64,000 nt of DNA from Thermodesulfobacteriota bacterium. GTDB lineage: Bacteria; Desulfobacterota_D; UBA1144; Nemesobacterales; JAZGCJ01. A program made the position numbers and the translations under genes. The stretch covers positions 18,114 to 82,113 of the forward strand of contig JAZGCJ010000341.1 in NCBI GenBank assembly GCA_036476895.1, in the 5' to 3' direction. This document shows positions 47,818-57,113 of this stretch, one piece after another. Under the pieces are notes generated by a model, which saw nothing but the letters and a program-made list of their open reading frames with translations, was not told where the DNA came from and made no database searches. Numbering within the stretch: the first letter of the stretch is position 1; each line of letters starts with the position of its first letter.

Positions 47818-49497
47818 TCATCTATTCATGCTTGTTACGAGTTCCGCCCCTGAGCTAATTCTGTCAGATCCAATAACCGTTAGCCATAAAGACATCATAC
47901 AATCGTTATGAGCCGTTACATGTTCTATTTTACTTTCCTCATTCATAATATATCCCCGCATTTCAAAGAATAAATTTTCCATTCCATCTGATAATGGGGC
48001 ATAAGCAGGATAACGAAGCCTCTCATTTTCCATGTGCATCCGTAATTTTGGCAATCCCATTTCGAGATCTTTTACCTCAGATCCAGTATGGTAAGGTAAA
48101 ATTGGAATACTTGTGGTTTGTGTCAATTCTTGAGCTAATACTTTCTGGTATTGGTTGGATTCAATGACTAGTAAGTCAAAATTATATCTAATGTTAAAAT
48201 CTTTGATCAATTGTTTTTGTTGAATATAAGGCAGACCTTTTCTCCGTTCTACCCATAATACATCATAGCGATAATTTTTGGTAATGCCAATCACTGTAAT
48301 TACAAAGTAGTCTGCCGAGGTTTCTGCTGATATGGCAAGATCTACTCCGCCTACAATGTTTTTATACCATAATGATTTACCATTTTCATCATAGAATCTC
48401 TGGTATAGCATTTCTCGGTCAAGATCGTGGCATCTCTCAACTGTTGCGTCAGGATAGAGTTGGGAGCCTGCAGCAATATATCTACATAGAAAATTCCTGG
48501 TAAATGCTAAATTGCCGATTCCTTTGAGCCGTTTTAACAATCGTGCTCGTGGCCATCGTTCCTTCCACAATACAGGAGATCCAGGATGTTTTTTAAAATA
48601 GGCAATTTCCTTTCCTAACAAGGCTTCATGGCGGAAAATTTTGCCACTTTTCGCCATGAATAGTTCATTCTTTTTGAGTTCATTTATAAGATCAGTTTGT
48701 CGGTAAGGAGTGCCAACTACTATAAATAGTGTGTCCTCACCTCCGAGATTCAAGACAATATTGAAAAACCAGCGTTTTGTTTGTCGGTCTGTCATATTGG
48801 CTTTGTCAAACGGAACAATGTCGTCACACACAATTATGTTAGGTCGTTTCCGAAGTGCTCTAGCCCCGGCAACTTGTTTACCCGAACCTCCGGCTAAACA
48901 TTTTGAGCCGTTCAAGAACCGAAAACTTTCGTTGCCCCATTTTCGGGGATGTTTTAGGATATGGAAAATTGTCTCATTGAGGAAATCCTTAATATTTTCA
49001 CTGCGTTCCTCAGCTTGTCCTTTGGTGGATGAAAAAATAACTACGTAGCTGCCGGGATGGAAAATCATATACCACAGGATATATATTTCCATTAACGTAG
49101 ATTTGCCATGTTCTCGGGGAATTTCTATTAATATATGGGTATTGTTTTTATCCCGCAGCTCTTTGATGATTGGCTTTTGAAATTTCGCTATTTTGAAGCC
49201 GTAATAATGCTCCATAAAGAAGTTAAAATTTTTGGAGGCTTTTTGCATGTAATAGCGTTCGAGAGGATCTTTGATATCAGTCAGATATGCTTTCCATTCC
49301 GTGTCTTTGGCATGGCATGCTTTGCATAAGTCTAAAGCCCTCCCAATTGGATAATCTTCAGTTACAACGATATCGCAAGAAGTGCAATGCACAGTACGAT
49401 TTAATATTGCCTGGCATTCCGCACAGGTTGGTCCCTCAACCACAGGCCGCTTGCAGTAATCGCAAAATTGTGTCTCGACTACCGCCCTCGCTTTCAT
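47818..49497 (-). CDS. terL: terminase large subunit (N-terminal zinc ribbons, ATPase, nuclease)
   Basis: 559 aa. Walker A IEIPREHGKSTLMEI, Walker B NIIVCDDIVPFD, nuclease-domain acidic motif GGVDLAIS...DYFVITVIG. N-terminal CDYCKRP...CAECQ...CTSCD...CKACH. Confidence 0.75.
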   Translation of the reverse strand: MKARAVVETQFCDYCKRPVVEGPTCAECQAILNRTVHCTSCDIVVTEDYPIGRALDLCKACHAKDTEWKAYLTDIKDPLERYYMQKASKNFNFFMEHYYGFKIAKFQKPIIKELRDKNNTHILIEIPREHGKSTLMEIYILWYMIFHPGSYVVIFSSTKGQAEERSENIKDFLNETIFHILKHPRKWGNESFRFLNGSKCLAGGSGKQVAGARALRKRPNIIVCDDIVPFDKANMTDRQTKRWFFNIVLNLGGEDTLFIVVGTPYRQTDLINELKKNELFMAKSGKIFRHEALLGKEIAYFKKHPGSPVLWKERWPRARLLKRLKGIGNLAFTRNFLCRYIAAGSQLYPDATVERCHDLDREMLYQRFYDENGKSLWYKNIVGGVDLAISAETSADYFVITVIGITKNYRYDVLWVERRKGLPYIQQKQLIKDFNIRYNFDLLVIESNQYQKVLAQELTQTTSIPILPYHTGSEVKDLEMGLPKLRMHMENERLRYPAYAPLSDGMENLFFEMRGYIMNEESKIEHVTAHNDCMMSLWLTVIGSDRISSGAELVTSMNR

Positions 49498-49498
49498 T

Positions 49499-50008
49499 TT
49501 ATCCCCTCAGAATTTCTTGTATTTTAACATTTAATTTTCGGTTGCAGTTGTTCTCACAAAGAGTCCATTCAATTATTAATTCTATGATTAATTCTAGTTT
49601 GTCTTCCAATTTCCGCTCTTTGATACTTTCTAACTGTTCGTTGAGGTCACGGCTTCGGTAGCGGTCTCCGCTCCATAGCTTAAATATTGCCCCCATCAGT
49701 TTCCGTCTTTCCAACAGATCATAGGTTGTCTCCGAATCAAACTGATAGATTATATTGCCTTTTTTATCTTTTCCGATCTTTTGTCTTTCCTCTAAGAACT
49801 TAATTTCTATATAGGTCTGTCGTAGTTGATCCCGCAACCAGCTTTGTTCATCTATTTCTAATCGGAGTTGAGTTGCCAAAGTCGGCTCTTTGTTGCTTTC
49901 TAGGATTGACAGGTCTCTTTTTTTATCTTGTATCTGTCGCATTTGGTTTTTTTCATCTAATGGCTCCTTTAGAAGTTCCATTCCAACATCTAGTAATTTT
50001 TTAGCCAT
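49499..50008 (-). CDS. coiled-coil protein upstream of terL (possible small terminase subunit)
   Basis: 169-aa basic/acidic helical protein immediately 5' of terL. The role is inferred from position only. Confidence 0.3.
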   Translation of the reverse strand: MAKKLLDVGMELLKEPLDEKNQMRQIQDKKRDLSILESNKEPTLATQLRLEIDEQSWLRDQLRQTYIEIKFLEERQKIGKDKKGNIIYQFDSETTYDLLERRKLMGAIFKLWSGDRYRSRDLNEQLESIKERKLEDKLELIIELIIEWTLCENNCNRKLNVKIQEILRG

Positions 50009-50226
50009 CCTATTACCACCTGCATTTCTAGCTTTGTCAGACTTTTAAAAAAACGAGTTTTTTCATTATCTGGTATTAATTCTTCATTCCGTGCCATCAA
50101 TTCTAGTGTCTTCTCAAACGCCGTTACCTTTGCCTTTTCCCTCTTTCTATACCGATCTATTGACTCCTTCCGCTTCTCTGTATATGTCCCCTTCCCTTTA
50201 TTTCCATATAACCCAGTTACTTCCAC
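49990..50226 (-). CDS. hypothetical small basic protein
   Basis: 78 aa, Lys-rich. Confidence 0.3.
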   Translation of the reverse strand: MEVTGLYGNKGKGTYTEKRKESIDRYRKREKAKVTAFEKTLELMARNEELIPDNEKTRFFKSLTKLEMQVVIGWLKNY

Positions 50227-50325
50227 ATCTAAACACTGTCTTCTTTATAAACTAAAATCTATTTAAGGATCTAGCTACGTTTTTTGTAGCTATACCGCCC
50301 CCGTTTCGCCCCTATCCCCATCTAC

Positions 50326-50643
50326 TCATGTAGTTGATTCTTTATCTTCCTGCCACAATACTTCTTTTACGCCAAACCATAGCTGAATCCGAATTCTATC
50401 AAGAGTATGGAGATAAGGTTTTAAATTGATTGAATAAAAACATTGATATCGTTTTTTGCTTTGTGGAAATATTATATAGATGGGCGGTAAGTCAGTCATA
50501 TGAAACAAATTAAGCTCATCATTTTCAGGCAGGTCAAACTCTAAATCAATTATGGAATGGTCAGAATTAAAGTCATAACTCAATAAAGGGATTTCATAAT
50601 CGCCTTGTCTTAAAATAGCCTTCTCCTGGGATGTAGTACTCAT
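50326..50643 (-). CDS. hypothetical protein
   Basis: 105-aa ORF. Confidence 0.35.
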   Translation of the reverse strand: MSTTSQEKAILRQGDYEIPLLSYDFNSDHSIIDLEFDLPENDELNLFHMTDLPPIYIIFPQSKKRYQCFYSINLKPYLHTLDRIRIQLWFGVKEVLWQEDKESTT

Positions 50644-50822
50644 GATTTTTCTAACTCTAATGTTTTTTGCATAGAGGTTTCATGCTCTCTGGCATGCTCT
50701 TCTGCATCTTTCTCCGTAAGAAAACAAAGTTCACACGGATCACAGATCCATCTCCACAGAGATATCGACGTTACAGGATCTTCCCCCCAGGTCCTTATTA
50801 TACTTTCGTGTGTCATAGTCAT
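50640..50822 (-). CDS. zinc-finger small protein
   Basis: 60 aa, WICDPCELCF...H..EH. Confidence 0.3.
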   Translation of the reverse strand: MTMTHESIIRTWGEDPVTSISLWRWICDPCELCFLTEKDAEEHAREHETSMQKTLELEKS

Positions 50823-51097
50823 TCTGCCCTAGGGTAGCCTTTTGGGATAGGGATATCAGGTCGATATGTTTTCGGGTTTTGGATGGGTTTTATCTTAGAA
50901 ATAAAAGGTCTTCTATTGTTTTTATTTGGTCTGCCCTTGCAAACATTTCTATCTGCATTACAGTCAGCACAAGGATCTTGCCCGTCATTAACTAAAGCTA
51001 AAACCAGTTGCCCATCCAAAGTACAACCAGAAGGGACATAACCTTGTTGTTTGGAGATTATCAAAAAATGGTCTTGATTCGGGTTTGCACTTCTCAT
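50819..51097 (-). CDS. Cys-rich small protein
   Basis: 92 aa, DPCADCNADRNVCKG. Confidence 0.3.
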   Translation of the reverse strand: MRSANPNQDHFLIISKQQGYVPSGCTLDGQLVLALVNDGQDPCADCNADRNVCKGRPNKNNRRPFISKIKPIQNPKTYRPDIPIPKGYPRAE

Positions 51098-51100
51098 AGC

Positions 51101-51391
51101 TTACTCATCCTCGAATAGTTTCATGAATGAATCAATCTTTTCTAATAAGATCTTTTGTTCCATGTCCTGAGCTAAGGTCAATAGCTCCTGAGCAATCCTT
51201 TTGATATCAGATAAACTGAAACTCACACCCAAATTATCGTTTACTCGGTTAAATTCTAGATAAGAGCCTCCGATAAATATGGCAGGTTCTCCACTAGAGA
51301 ATTTAGATGGGAAGGCCCTGAGATTGGCTACTTTGAATCCTGACCGTAATTCATCTTCTGAAAAATGTTGGGTAATTTCTGTGCTTGTCAT
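51101..51391 (-). CDS. hypothetical protein
   Basis: 96 aa. Confidence 0.35.
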   Translation of the reverse strand: MTSTEITQHFSEDELRSGFKVANLRAFPSKFSSGEPAIFIGGSYLEFNRVNDNLGVSFSLSDIKRIAQELLTLAQDMEQKILLEKIDSFMKLFEDE

Positions 51392-51392
51392 G

Positions 51393-51605
51393 CTAGTACC
51401 CCATTCGTTCTTCCCTGCCTAAAAAGGTGGCCCACTGAGAATGACTATATTGTAATTGCCGTTCCAGGTGTTTAAGATCTACAAAGGCCGGAATTCTCCC
51501 ATCGGATTTAAATTTATAAATGAATTTTAATTTGACTATCCAGGTTTCGTCATCGACTTTTAGTTTTTCCATTGAAGGTTCACTAATTGAGCCAATTGGA
51601 ACCAA
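51393..51605 (-). CDS. hypothetical small protein (listed TTG start; internal ATG more likely)
   Basis: 70-aa ORF. The listed start codon is TTG; MEKLKVDDE... is the first ATG. Confidence 0.3.
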   Translation of the reverse strand: MVPIGSISEPSMEKLKVDDETWIVKLKFIYKFKSDGRIPAFVDLKHLERQLQYSHSQWATFLGREERMGY

Positions 51606-51672
51606 TTCCTTAAAAATCTATTGCATCTAGGCCAAAAAAAAAGAGTGATTGTTTAATGCATTGATTAAACAT

Positions 51673-51930
51673 TCACTCATTTTTGATTATACATCTGACG
51701 AGTTCGTCCAATTGTTCAAAAGCAATTCGTTCCTTCTCAAAGAGAAAAGGAGAAATAGTTCGGAAAGTTAAATATGTTGCGTAAGGCATGACCTCATAAA
51801 GGTCATTCAATCCTTCACGAAGGGCCAATAGGCCAGATTCGAGTTGTAGTAACATATATCGGTCTTTCATAGCTAAAGGAAAGCGTTTGAAAATTAAGTT
51901 GATTCGTCCTGATAGTTCTTGATACATCAT
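51673..51930 (-). CDS. hypothetical protein
   Basis: 85 aa. Preceded by GTGAACC 6 nt before the ATG and by a hairpin-pair leader element. Confidence 0.4.
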   Translation of the reverse strand: MMYQELSGRINLIFKRFPLAMKDRYMLLQLESGLLALREGLNDLYEVMPYATYLTFRTISPFLFEKERIAFEQLDELVRCIIKNE

Positions 51931-52011
51931 GGTTGGTTCACTTGCAATTTACATTGCTTCCCCTAAAAAGGGAAACGTGATGGTTTTGAAACCATCTTTA
52001 TTTAAACTCAA

Positions 52012-52521
52012 CTAAATTAAACCAAATTTTCTAAGAACGGAATCTTCACTATCGGCTTCAACTTTATCGCCAGTAGGTGATAAAATATCGCCACCAAAGA
52101 TCTCATTCTCTAACGAGTCTAATAATTGTTGATTTGTTCCTTTTTTTTTCAGATCTATTATCAATTGGACATGATCATCAACAGGAGCACTTTCATTTTC
52201 AAAATATCGGTTATAACATCGGTTTCCTTTTAATCTGGATAAAGGTTCAAAACACATCCAAAGATCTACCCCGGTAACATTTCCTTTTTCATCCTTCTCC
52301 GGATAATGAGGAATTTTTAGTATAAGCAAATCTTTGATTTGTTCTTCTGATGGATGATAGCTAAAACCGTCTCCGTTTTCATCTACCAACCTGTTACAGA
52401 TTGCACAGTGTTTTATATATCCAGCAATACCACAATGAATACAATATCTTGGGTATTTAGGTGCTCTTGGAGAATCACGATCTCCACAAATTTTACAATA
52501 GCTCATTTTTGTTTTCACCAT
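52012..52521 (-). CDS. zinc-ribbon protein
   Basis: 169 aa, CKICGD...CIHCG...CAICN. Preceded by a hairpin-pair leader element. Confidence 0.4.
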   Translation of the reverse strand: MVKTKMSYCKICGDRDSPRAPKYPRYCIHCGIAGYIKHCAICNRLVDENGDGFSYHPSEEQIKDLLILKIPHYPEKDEKGNVTGVDLWMCFEPLSRLKGNRCYNRYFENESAPVDDHVQLIIDLKKKGTNQQLLDSLENEIFGGDILSPTGDKVEADSEDSVLRKFGLI

Positions 52522-52586
52522 AGCTAATAATATAGCTCTTCCCTAAAAAGGAAGAGGTGATTGCTTAAGGCAATCAATCTGAATAC

Positions 52587-53003
52587 TTAATAGTCTTCTG
52601 GCAACATTATGGTATAATGAGGGGCATTTTCCTCAATCTCATTCATACAAACCCAAACTTCAATTTTTACGCCATTGGGGGATTCAACTTTGATATTGTA
52701 GAAATGATCAGGCTCGGTTGTCAAATTTTTTGTCTTAAGTTTAATGGCATGTAAGCTATTATTCAAAAGATCAATTAAATTTGGTACATTGACTGAATCT
52801 TCTTCCGAATTCCAATAATTATGAGTTCTCAAGAGATTCATAGTTGCATGGGTTATCAAAGAGTTAAATAGATTCACGTTTTTGAATTGGGTTCTGATAT
52901 CAAATAAGATACCATCTTCTGTTGCTTGCTGACTACTGTATTCGCTTATGACGAATAAATCGTCAGATTCCTTTTGTGTCATGTTTGGTTCACTAGCCTC
53001 CAA
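52587..53003 (-). CDS. hypothetical protein
   Basis: 138 aa. Confidence 0.35.
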   Translation of the reverse strand: MEASEPNMTQKESDDLFVISEYSSQQATEDGILFDIRTQFKNVNLFNSLITHATMNLLRTHNYWNSEEDSVNVPNLIDLLNNSLHAIKLKTKNLTTEPDHFYNIKVESPNGVKIEVWVCMNEIEENAPHYTIMLPEDY

Positions 53004-53071
53004 AACCGATTAACTCGGTTGGCGAAAGCTCGCCGGAGAAAAAATTGAGGAAGAAAGGGAGACTGAATTAA

Positions 53072-53353
53072 TTACTCGGTCTCGGATGCTTCACTCGCCC
53101 GTAAGGGCCTAGTAACGCTCCCCGAAGGGAGTCTCTCCTCGCCAATGTTATCATGGCTTGTTCGGCCTAACACACTGTTCGCTACCCCGGCAAACTGTTT
53201 AATGTTAGACGACATTGCTGCAGACTGGAGAAGCATCCACAGGTGTCCTAACCATAATAACGGAGTCCATACAATCACTTGCATATCATTCCAAGGCTGG
53301 TCAAGCAGTTGTTTGGGGAGTTCTTGACCGTTGATATCATTCCTTACCAACAA
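53072..53353 (-). CDS. hypothetical small protein
   Basis: 93 aa. Driven by the conserved promoter cassette at 53354-53410. Confidence 0.35.
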   Translation of the reverse strand: MLVRNDINGQELPKQLLDQPWNDMQVIVWTPLLWLGHLWMLLQSAAMSSNIKQFAGVANSVLGRTSHDNIGEERLPSGSVTRPLRASEASETE

Positions 53354-53410
53354 GTAAATATACCATTCTAGACTTTAAATACTTATGTATCTTCTGTTAA
53401 TACATTGATG
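53354..53410 (-). promoter_or_regulatory. conserved promoter cassette (minus orientation) with AATACATTGA box shared with divergent + gene
   Basis: Minus-strand reading: tcAATGTATTAACAGAAGATACATAAGTATTTAAAGTCTAGAATGgtatatttacttgttggtaaggaATG. Homologous to 10102-10173. Confidence 0.5.
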
Positions 53411-53456
53411 AAAAACCAAAACATTTTTGTAGATATCCTTCCCCGATGGACTTAGT

Positions 53457-53948
53457 ATGGACCCACAAATTATAGATGGAAAAATCTTTTGTAAATGGTG
53501 CCGGAACCCCTGTACCGAAGGGGATGTTCATCCCGAGTGTCAAAACCTTGTGGATTCATTTACAGAAGATAGCACGGTATTCACTCCTATTAGTAATCTA
53601 AAAATCATAGAGTTTGAAATTACACAGAATACTAATGATGAGTACCAGTATTTCATGCACAGCCCCGAGCCTCAAGCTATTTATGGCAATCCCACTAAAA
53701 AAATCACTGCCAAAATAATCTTAGATTCGGAAGCCTATGAGCAATTTGTTTTAGGCGAGGAAAAAGAAATTGACTTTTCAGATCAACTGCTTGACGGTAC
53801 ACAGCTAAAGGTTCGCTTTCGGATTACTCAAATAAGGGTTTCCCATCTTACAAATGAGATTCCGGTAATGGAAGTCCGGGGCGATATAATTGAAATGAGT
53901 GTGTCTGCACAGGAACAAGATGGAGAAAATAATTTTTATAATACATGA
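53457..53948 (+). CDS. zinc-ribbon protein
   Basis: 163 aa, CKWCRNPC...HPECQ. Followed by ncRNA-like copy C. Confidence 0.4.
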   Translation: MDPQIIDGKIFCKWCRNPCTEGDVHPECQNLVDSFTEDSTVFTPISNLKIIEFEITQNTNDEYQYFMHSPEPQAIYGNPTKKITAKIILDSEAYEQFVLGEEKEIDFSDQLLDGTQLKVRFRITQIRVSHLTNEIPVMEVRGDIIEMSVSAQEQDGENNFYNT

Positions 53949-53961
53949 ATTGCCCCCAAGC

Positions 53962-53989
53962 AAAAAAAAGGTAACTCCGAAGAGTTACC
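53962..53989 (-). terminator. intrinsic terminator for minus-strand transcripts (8-bp stem, CGAA/UUCG loop, flanked by A8/T8)
   Basis: aaaaaaaa-GGTAACTC-CGAA-GAGTTACC-aaaaaaaa on the + strand. On the minus strand the hairpin is followed by U8. Confidence 0.55.
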
Positions 53990-54039
53990 AAAAAAAACCC
54001 CGCAAAAACTTATAAAGTCAAGACCTTGTTTTTGTTTTG

Positions 54040-54260
54040 TAAGTACTTCGGTACAAGCCTAGGTCGGGAATCGACCAATGTTACGCCTATCTGAGGTTAT
54101 GGCCTCTGCTGATCTGTAGTCGGTTGTTTTTAAATGGCTCATTGCAGGAACGTAAGCTAGATCAATGAAGTAGGAAACTCAGTTTTCTGAGTAGTTCATA
54201 AGATGCCTAAGGATTCCAGTTAAGAGGGATCAAAATTTGGGTAAGGGAGTATTTTTTTTC
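54040..54260 (+). ncRNA. candidate structured ncRNA, copy C of a 2-member family
   Basis: ORF-free GC-rich segment with GTAC-UUCG-GUAC and GGTCG-GGAAT-CGACC hairpins. Shares blocks GGCCTCTGCT (54101), CGGTTG (54121), GATCAATGAA (54160) and GTTCATAAGATGCCTAAGGATTCCAGTTAAG with 10600-10800 at matching spacing. A TATA-like cttataaag lies about 30 nt upstream and a T8 run at 54253-54260. Confidence 0.45.
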
Positions 54261-54354
54261 TAATTCGGTTTTCCATATCATAGTTGGTTCACCTGTATAA
54301 GGCTTTCCCCTAAAAAGGGAAAGGTGATTACTTAAGGCAATCAATCTGAGATAC

Positions 54355-54648
54355 CTAAGAGCCCCATTTATAGCGATGTATTAAATCTCTAGCTTGGGGT
54401 TCAGTGATGTTGTATCTAATATTACGGTCTCCGACGTGTCTCATTATGTGGATATATTCATAATTACCAGAGAATTCAAATTCCATACCCAATTTTAAGT
54501 GAGTATCTAAGAAAAATTGTTTATTACTTGTATCATAATCCAGATACAATAAGTGCGAGCCGAAATCCTCTAACAAGGTAATAAATCCTTCTTTAAATTT
54601 TGCAACACGGTCTTCAAAGTTTTCTATTTTTTGTTCGATTGATATCAT
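54355..54648 (-). CDS. hypothetical protein
   Basis: 97 aa. GGTGAAC 9 nt upstream of the ATG. Confidence 0.4.
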   Translation of the reverse strand: MISIEQKIENFEDRVAKFKEGFITLLEDFGSHLLYLDYDTSNKQFFLDTHLKLGMEFEFSGNYEYIHIMRHVGDRNIRYNITEPQARDLIHRYKWGS

Positions 54649-54735
54649 AGTTGTTGTTCACCTGAGCTAATAAGCTCCTCCTCTTAATTGGTGAGAAAAA
54701 AAGGAAAAAGATTGTTTAGGACAATCAATCCAATT

Positions 54736-54975
54736 TTAAACTGTTTTCCATTTGTCAATACCATCAAGCAAACTTAATCCAGTGCCTATATCCCATTTAA
54801 CGTCTAATTTCCATTTTCCTGCTTCTAAAGACCATGCACTTGCATAACCTTGATCTCCAGGAGATAAATTAGTGTATGGGTCATCTGTGTAAACCAATTC
54901 AATTTTAACTGGTTCATCAAACACTAAAAATTTGCTATTTCGTGGTTTTGTTGGAAGTCTGTTTTGTGTGTTCAT
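54736..54975 (-). CDS. hypothetical small protein
   Basis: 79 aa. Directly downstream of the conserved promoter cassette at 54976-55058. Confidence 0.4.
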   Translation of the reverse strand: MNTQNRLPTKPRNSKFLVFDEPVKIELVYTDDPYTNLSPGDQGYASAWSLEAGKWKLDVKWDIGTGLSLLDGIDKWKTV

Positions 54976-55058
54976 AGTTGTTCACAAGTAATATATTGCA
55001 TTCCAGACTTTATAAGTTTATGTATCTTCCGTTAATACATTGAACCGAAATGCATTGA
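54976..55058 (-). promoter_or_regulatory. conserved promoter cassette (minus orientation)
   Basis: Minus-strand reading: tcAATGCATTtcggttcAATGTATTAACGGAAGATACATAAACTTATAAAGTCTGGAATGcaatatattaCTTGTGAACaactATG. Near-identical to 10102-10173. Confidence 0.55.
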
Positions 55059-55117
55059 TATCATCCCCTTCCTGTGGGAAGGTCTATTGAAAAAAGTTTA
55101 TCAAATTACGTTTATAT

Positions 55118-55534
55118 TTATCCTTCATATCTTTTCCTTGCAAGTTCTGTGGCATATTCAGGATCATAAGCCTCTCTAGGTTCTTTGCCTAAATCAGAAA
55201 CAGGATCTTCTATTATATGCCAAATCCGAAATTGGCAACCACACTTACAACGAAATTCGTCATAATTTTCATCAGAATCTTCAAATTCGGAAGTTCCTTG
55301 TTCTCCACATTCAGGACAATAATATTTTTTTGCTTCAGCTCTGTCCATCTCATTTTGACAAGCAAAGCATCCATCCATTCGTAAAACCATTGGAGGAACT
55401 TGATGTCCTTTTCCACAGTCAATCTTACCCTGCTTGGGGCAACTAAGGACATGATTCTCCCAATATTCTCCTGGTGCATCTCCATCTGGATCGCCTTCAT
55501 TTAATATTGCATTACAATATTCACATCTTATCAT
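55118..55534 (-). CDS. multi-zinc-ribbon protein
   Basis: 138 aa with at least 4 CxxC pairs (CEYCN, CPKQ..C, CFACQ, CPECG, CKCGC). Confidence 0.4.
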   Translation of the reverse strand: MIRCEYCNAILNEGDPDGDAPGEYWENHVLSCPKQGKIDCGKGHQVPPMVLRMDGCFACQNEMDRAEAKKYYCPECGEQGTSEFEDSDENYDEFRCKCGCQFRIWHIIEDPVSDLGKEPREAYDPEYATELARKRYEG

Positions 55535-55961
55535 TGTTTTCTATCTCAGTTTTAACTAAGTGATGCTTAGCATAATTAACCAAATAATCACTTAACCAGG
55601 TACAGTATCCAAATTTTATTCGCCAAATGGCCGCTTTACCAAGATCGACTTTTAGTAGAGGAAAAAAAACAAGATCTGTTCTGCCTCCGGTTGTAGTAAG
55701 TTTTTGAACCTTCCACAACTCAGGATTAGCATCACTAATTATGTTTTCTTCTTTCATAGCATTTGGAATGCCGGTAAGCCATTCCTTTAGTTCTCCACCA
55801 CACCCGAGGAAAACAAAGGCTTCTTTTTTTGTAGGTAAAGACTCAAAAGTTATATTTTCTATTGTTGTCATAATTTGTTCACATAAAAACCATTCAGTTC
55901 CAAAGTTTAAAAGGTTTTGTTGCCTTTGTAAGTGTATCGAAGGCCAATGCATTGATATCAA
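55521..55961 (-). CDS. hypothetical protein (probable true start 55871, MTTIENITF...)
   Basis: The ATG at 55869-55871 is preceded by tatGTGAACaaatt, a TTTTAAAC TATA-like element and the AATGCATTGA box at 55946-55955. The listed 146-aa ORF over-extends upstream. Confidence 0.4.
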   Translation of the reverse strand: MISMHWPSIHLQRQQNLLNFGTEWFLCEQIMTTIENITFESLPTKKEAFVFLGCGGELKEWLTGIPNAMKEENIISDANPELWKVQKLTTTGGRTDLVFFPLLKVDLGKAAIWRIKFGYCTWLSDYLVNYAKHHLVKTEIENNDKM

Positions 55962-55987
55962 TCAAAAACATATAAAAAGGAAAGCGA

Positions 55988-56677
55988 CTAAATTGTCCCT
56001 GTTAGTTGTATGTTTAATAAAGATACAACCAACAAAGCAATAACAAAAAGCAAGCCCCACGCAACTCTGGTTCGCAAACGCTGCCGGATTGTTTTCTTTT
56101 TTTTATTAACGCTACCTTCTCCAATCCTTCTATCAGAAGTTAGATTCGGGGCATTTGATGGTTTTCCTCTAGGTTTGTCAAATTGGACAAATTCCACGTT
56201 TGCATCCTCAGGCAAAGCAAAGACAGGTATATAATCAGGATCTTGCTTCAATTTCTCTTGCCATTCATCCATAGCCATTTTTACTTGTTCTGGAGGTATA
56301 TTGGAAAACTTAAGAATGCCTTTAGGCGTAACTGAGGGTGTGATGTTCGTATAGGCATCGGCAATGTCTGAAAAGGTGGATTCATATAGACCAGGATAAG
56401 ATGGTTTCAAAAAATCATCTATATTGCTACCATCTCCTCTAATGATTTCCCGTTTTATTTTCACATCTTTACGATCCACTGTTCTAAAGGGAACTTCCCA
56501 AGAGACTTCATTCATTGGAATAGCCTTCATATTCACTATTCTAGACACATCCCTAGAATCAACTGCACGTACACCTTTACTAGGAACATGGTGGACAGAA
56601 CTGTATTCTTGGCCACAATTAGGACAAAATAGGTCGTCATCTAAGCCGACAGCAAAGCAGGATTCACAATATTTCAT
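55988..56677 (-). CDS. N-terminal zinc-ribbon, C-terminal membrane-anchored protein
   Basis: 229 aa. CESCF..CPNCG at the N-terminus, hydrophobic AWGLLFVIALLVVSLL at the C-terminus. Confidence 0.4.
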   Translation of the reverse strand: MKYCESCFAVGLDDDLFCPNCGQEYSSVHHVPSKGVRAVDSRDVSRIVNMKAIPMNEVSWEVPFRTVDRKDVKIKREIIRGDGSNIDDFLKPSYPGLYESTFSDIADAYTNITPSVTPKGILKFSNIPPEQVKMAMDEWQEKLKQDPDYIPVFALPEDANVEFVQFDKPRGKPSNAPNLTSDRRIGEGSVNKKKKTIRQRLRTRVAWGLLFVIALLVVSLLNIQLTGTI

Positions 56678-57113
56678 CAGGATTTTCTCCTCTGAAAATT
56701 TTTACTGTATTCACAATCGTTTCTAAGAATGCTTCATGCTCACTACTATCAGGAAACCCAACGTAATGGTTACGATATATCGGATAATATTTATCCGTGA
56801 TCCCTTTCATTTCTTTCTCTATGGGATCTAATTGCTGTCTAATTGGTGTCAAATCTCTATACTTAATTTGTTCAATAATATCTCGGAAATATTGTTTTTC
56901 TTCCGCAGTTCCGTAAGAACTAACCCAATAATAACTCCTACCATCTGGCGTTTGATATTTTTGGGAATTATACCAAACTTCCGAAATTTCTCCTTTTTTA
57001 TCATAAGATTCTAAATCTTGACTTTTCTTTCTTAATTGCTGTCTTAGCAAATTTTCTTGATTTAATAGATCCATATATCTATTAAAATCTTTTTCTATAT
57101 TATCTAAATTCAT
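56664..57113 (-). CDS. hypothetical protein
   Basis: 149 aa. Confidence 0.35.
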   Translation of the reverse strand: MNLDNIEKDFNRYMDLLNQENLLRQQLRKKSQDLESYDKKGEISEVWYNSQKYQTPDGRSYYWVSSYGTAEEKQYFRDIIEQIKYRDLTPIRQQLDPIEKEMKGITDKYYPIYRNHYVGFPDSSEHEAFLETIVNTVKIFRGENPDEIL

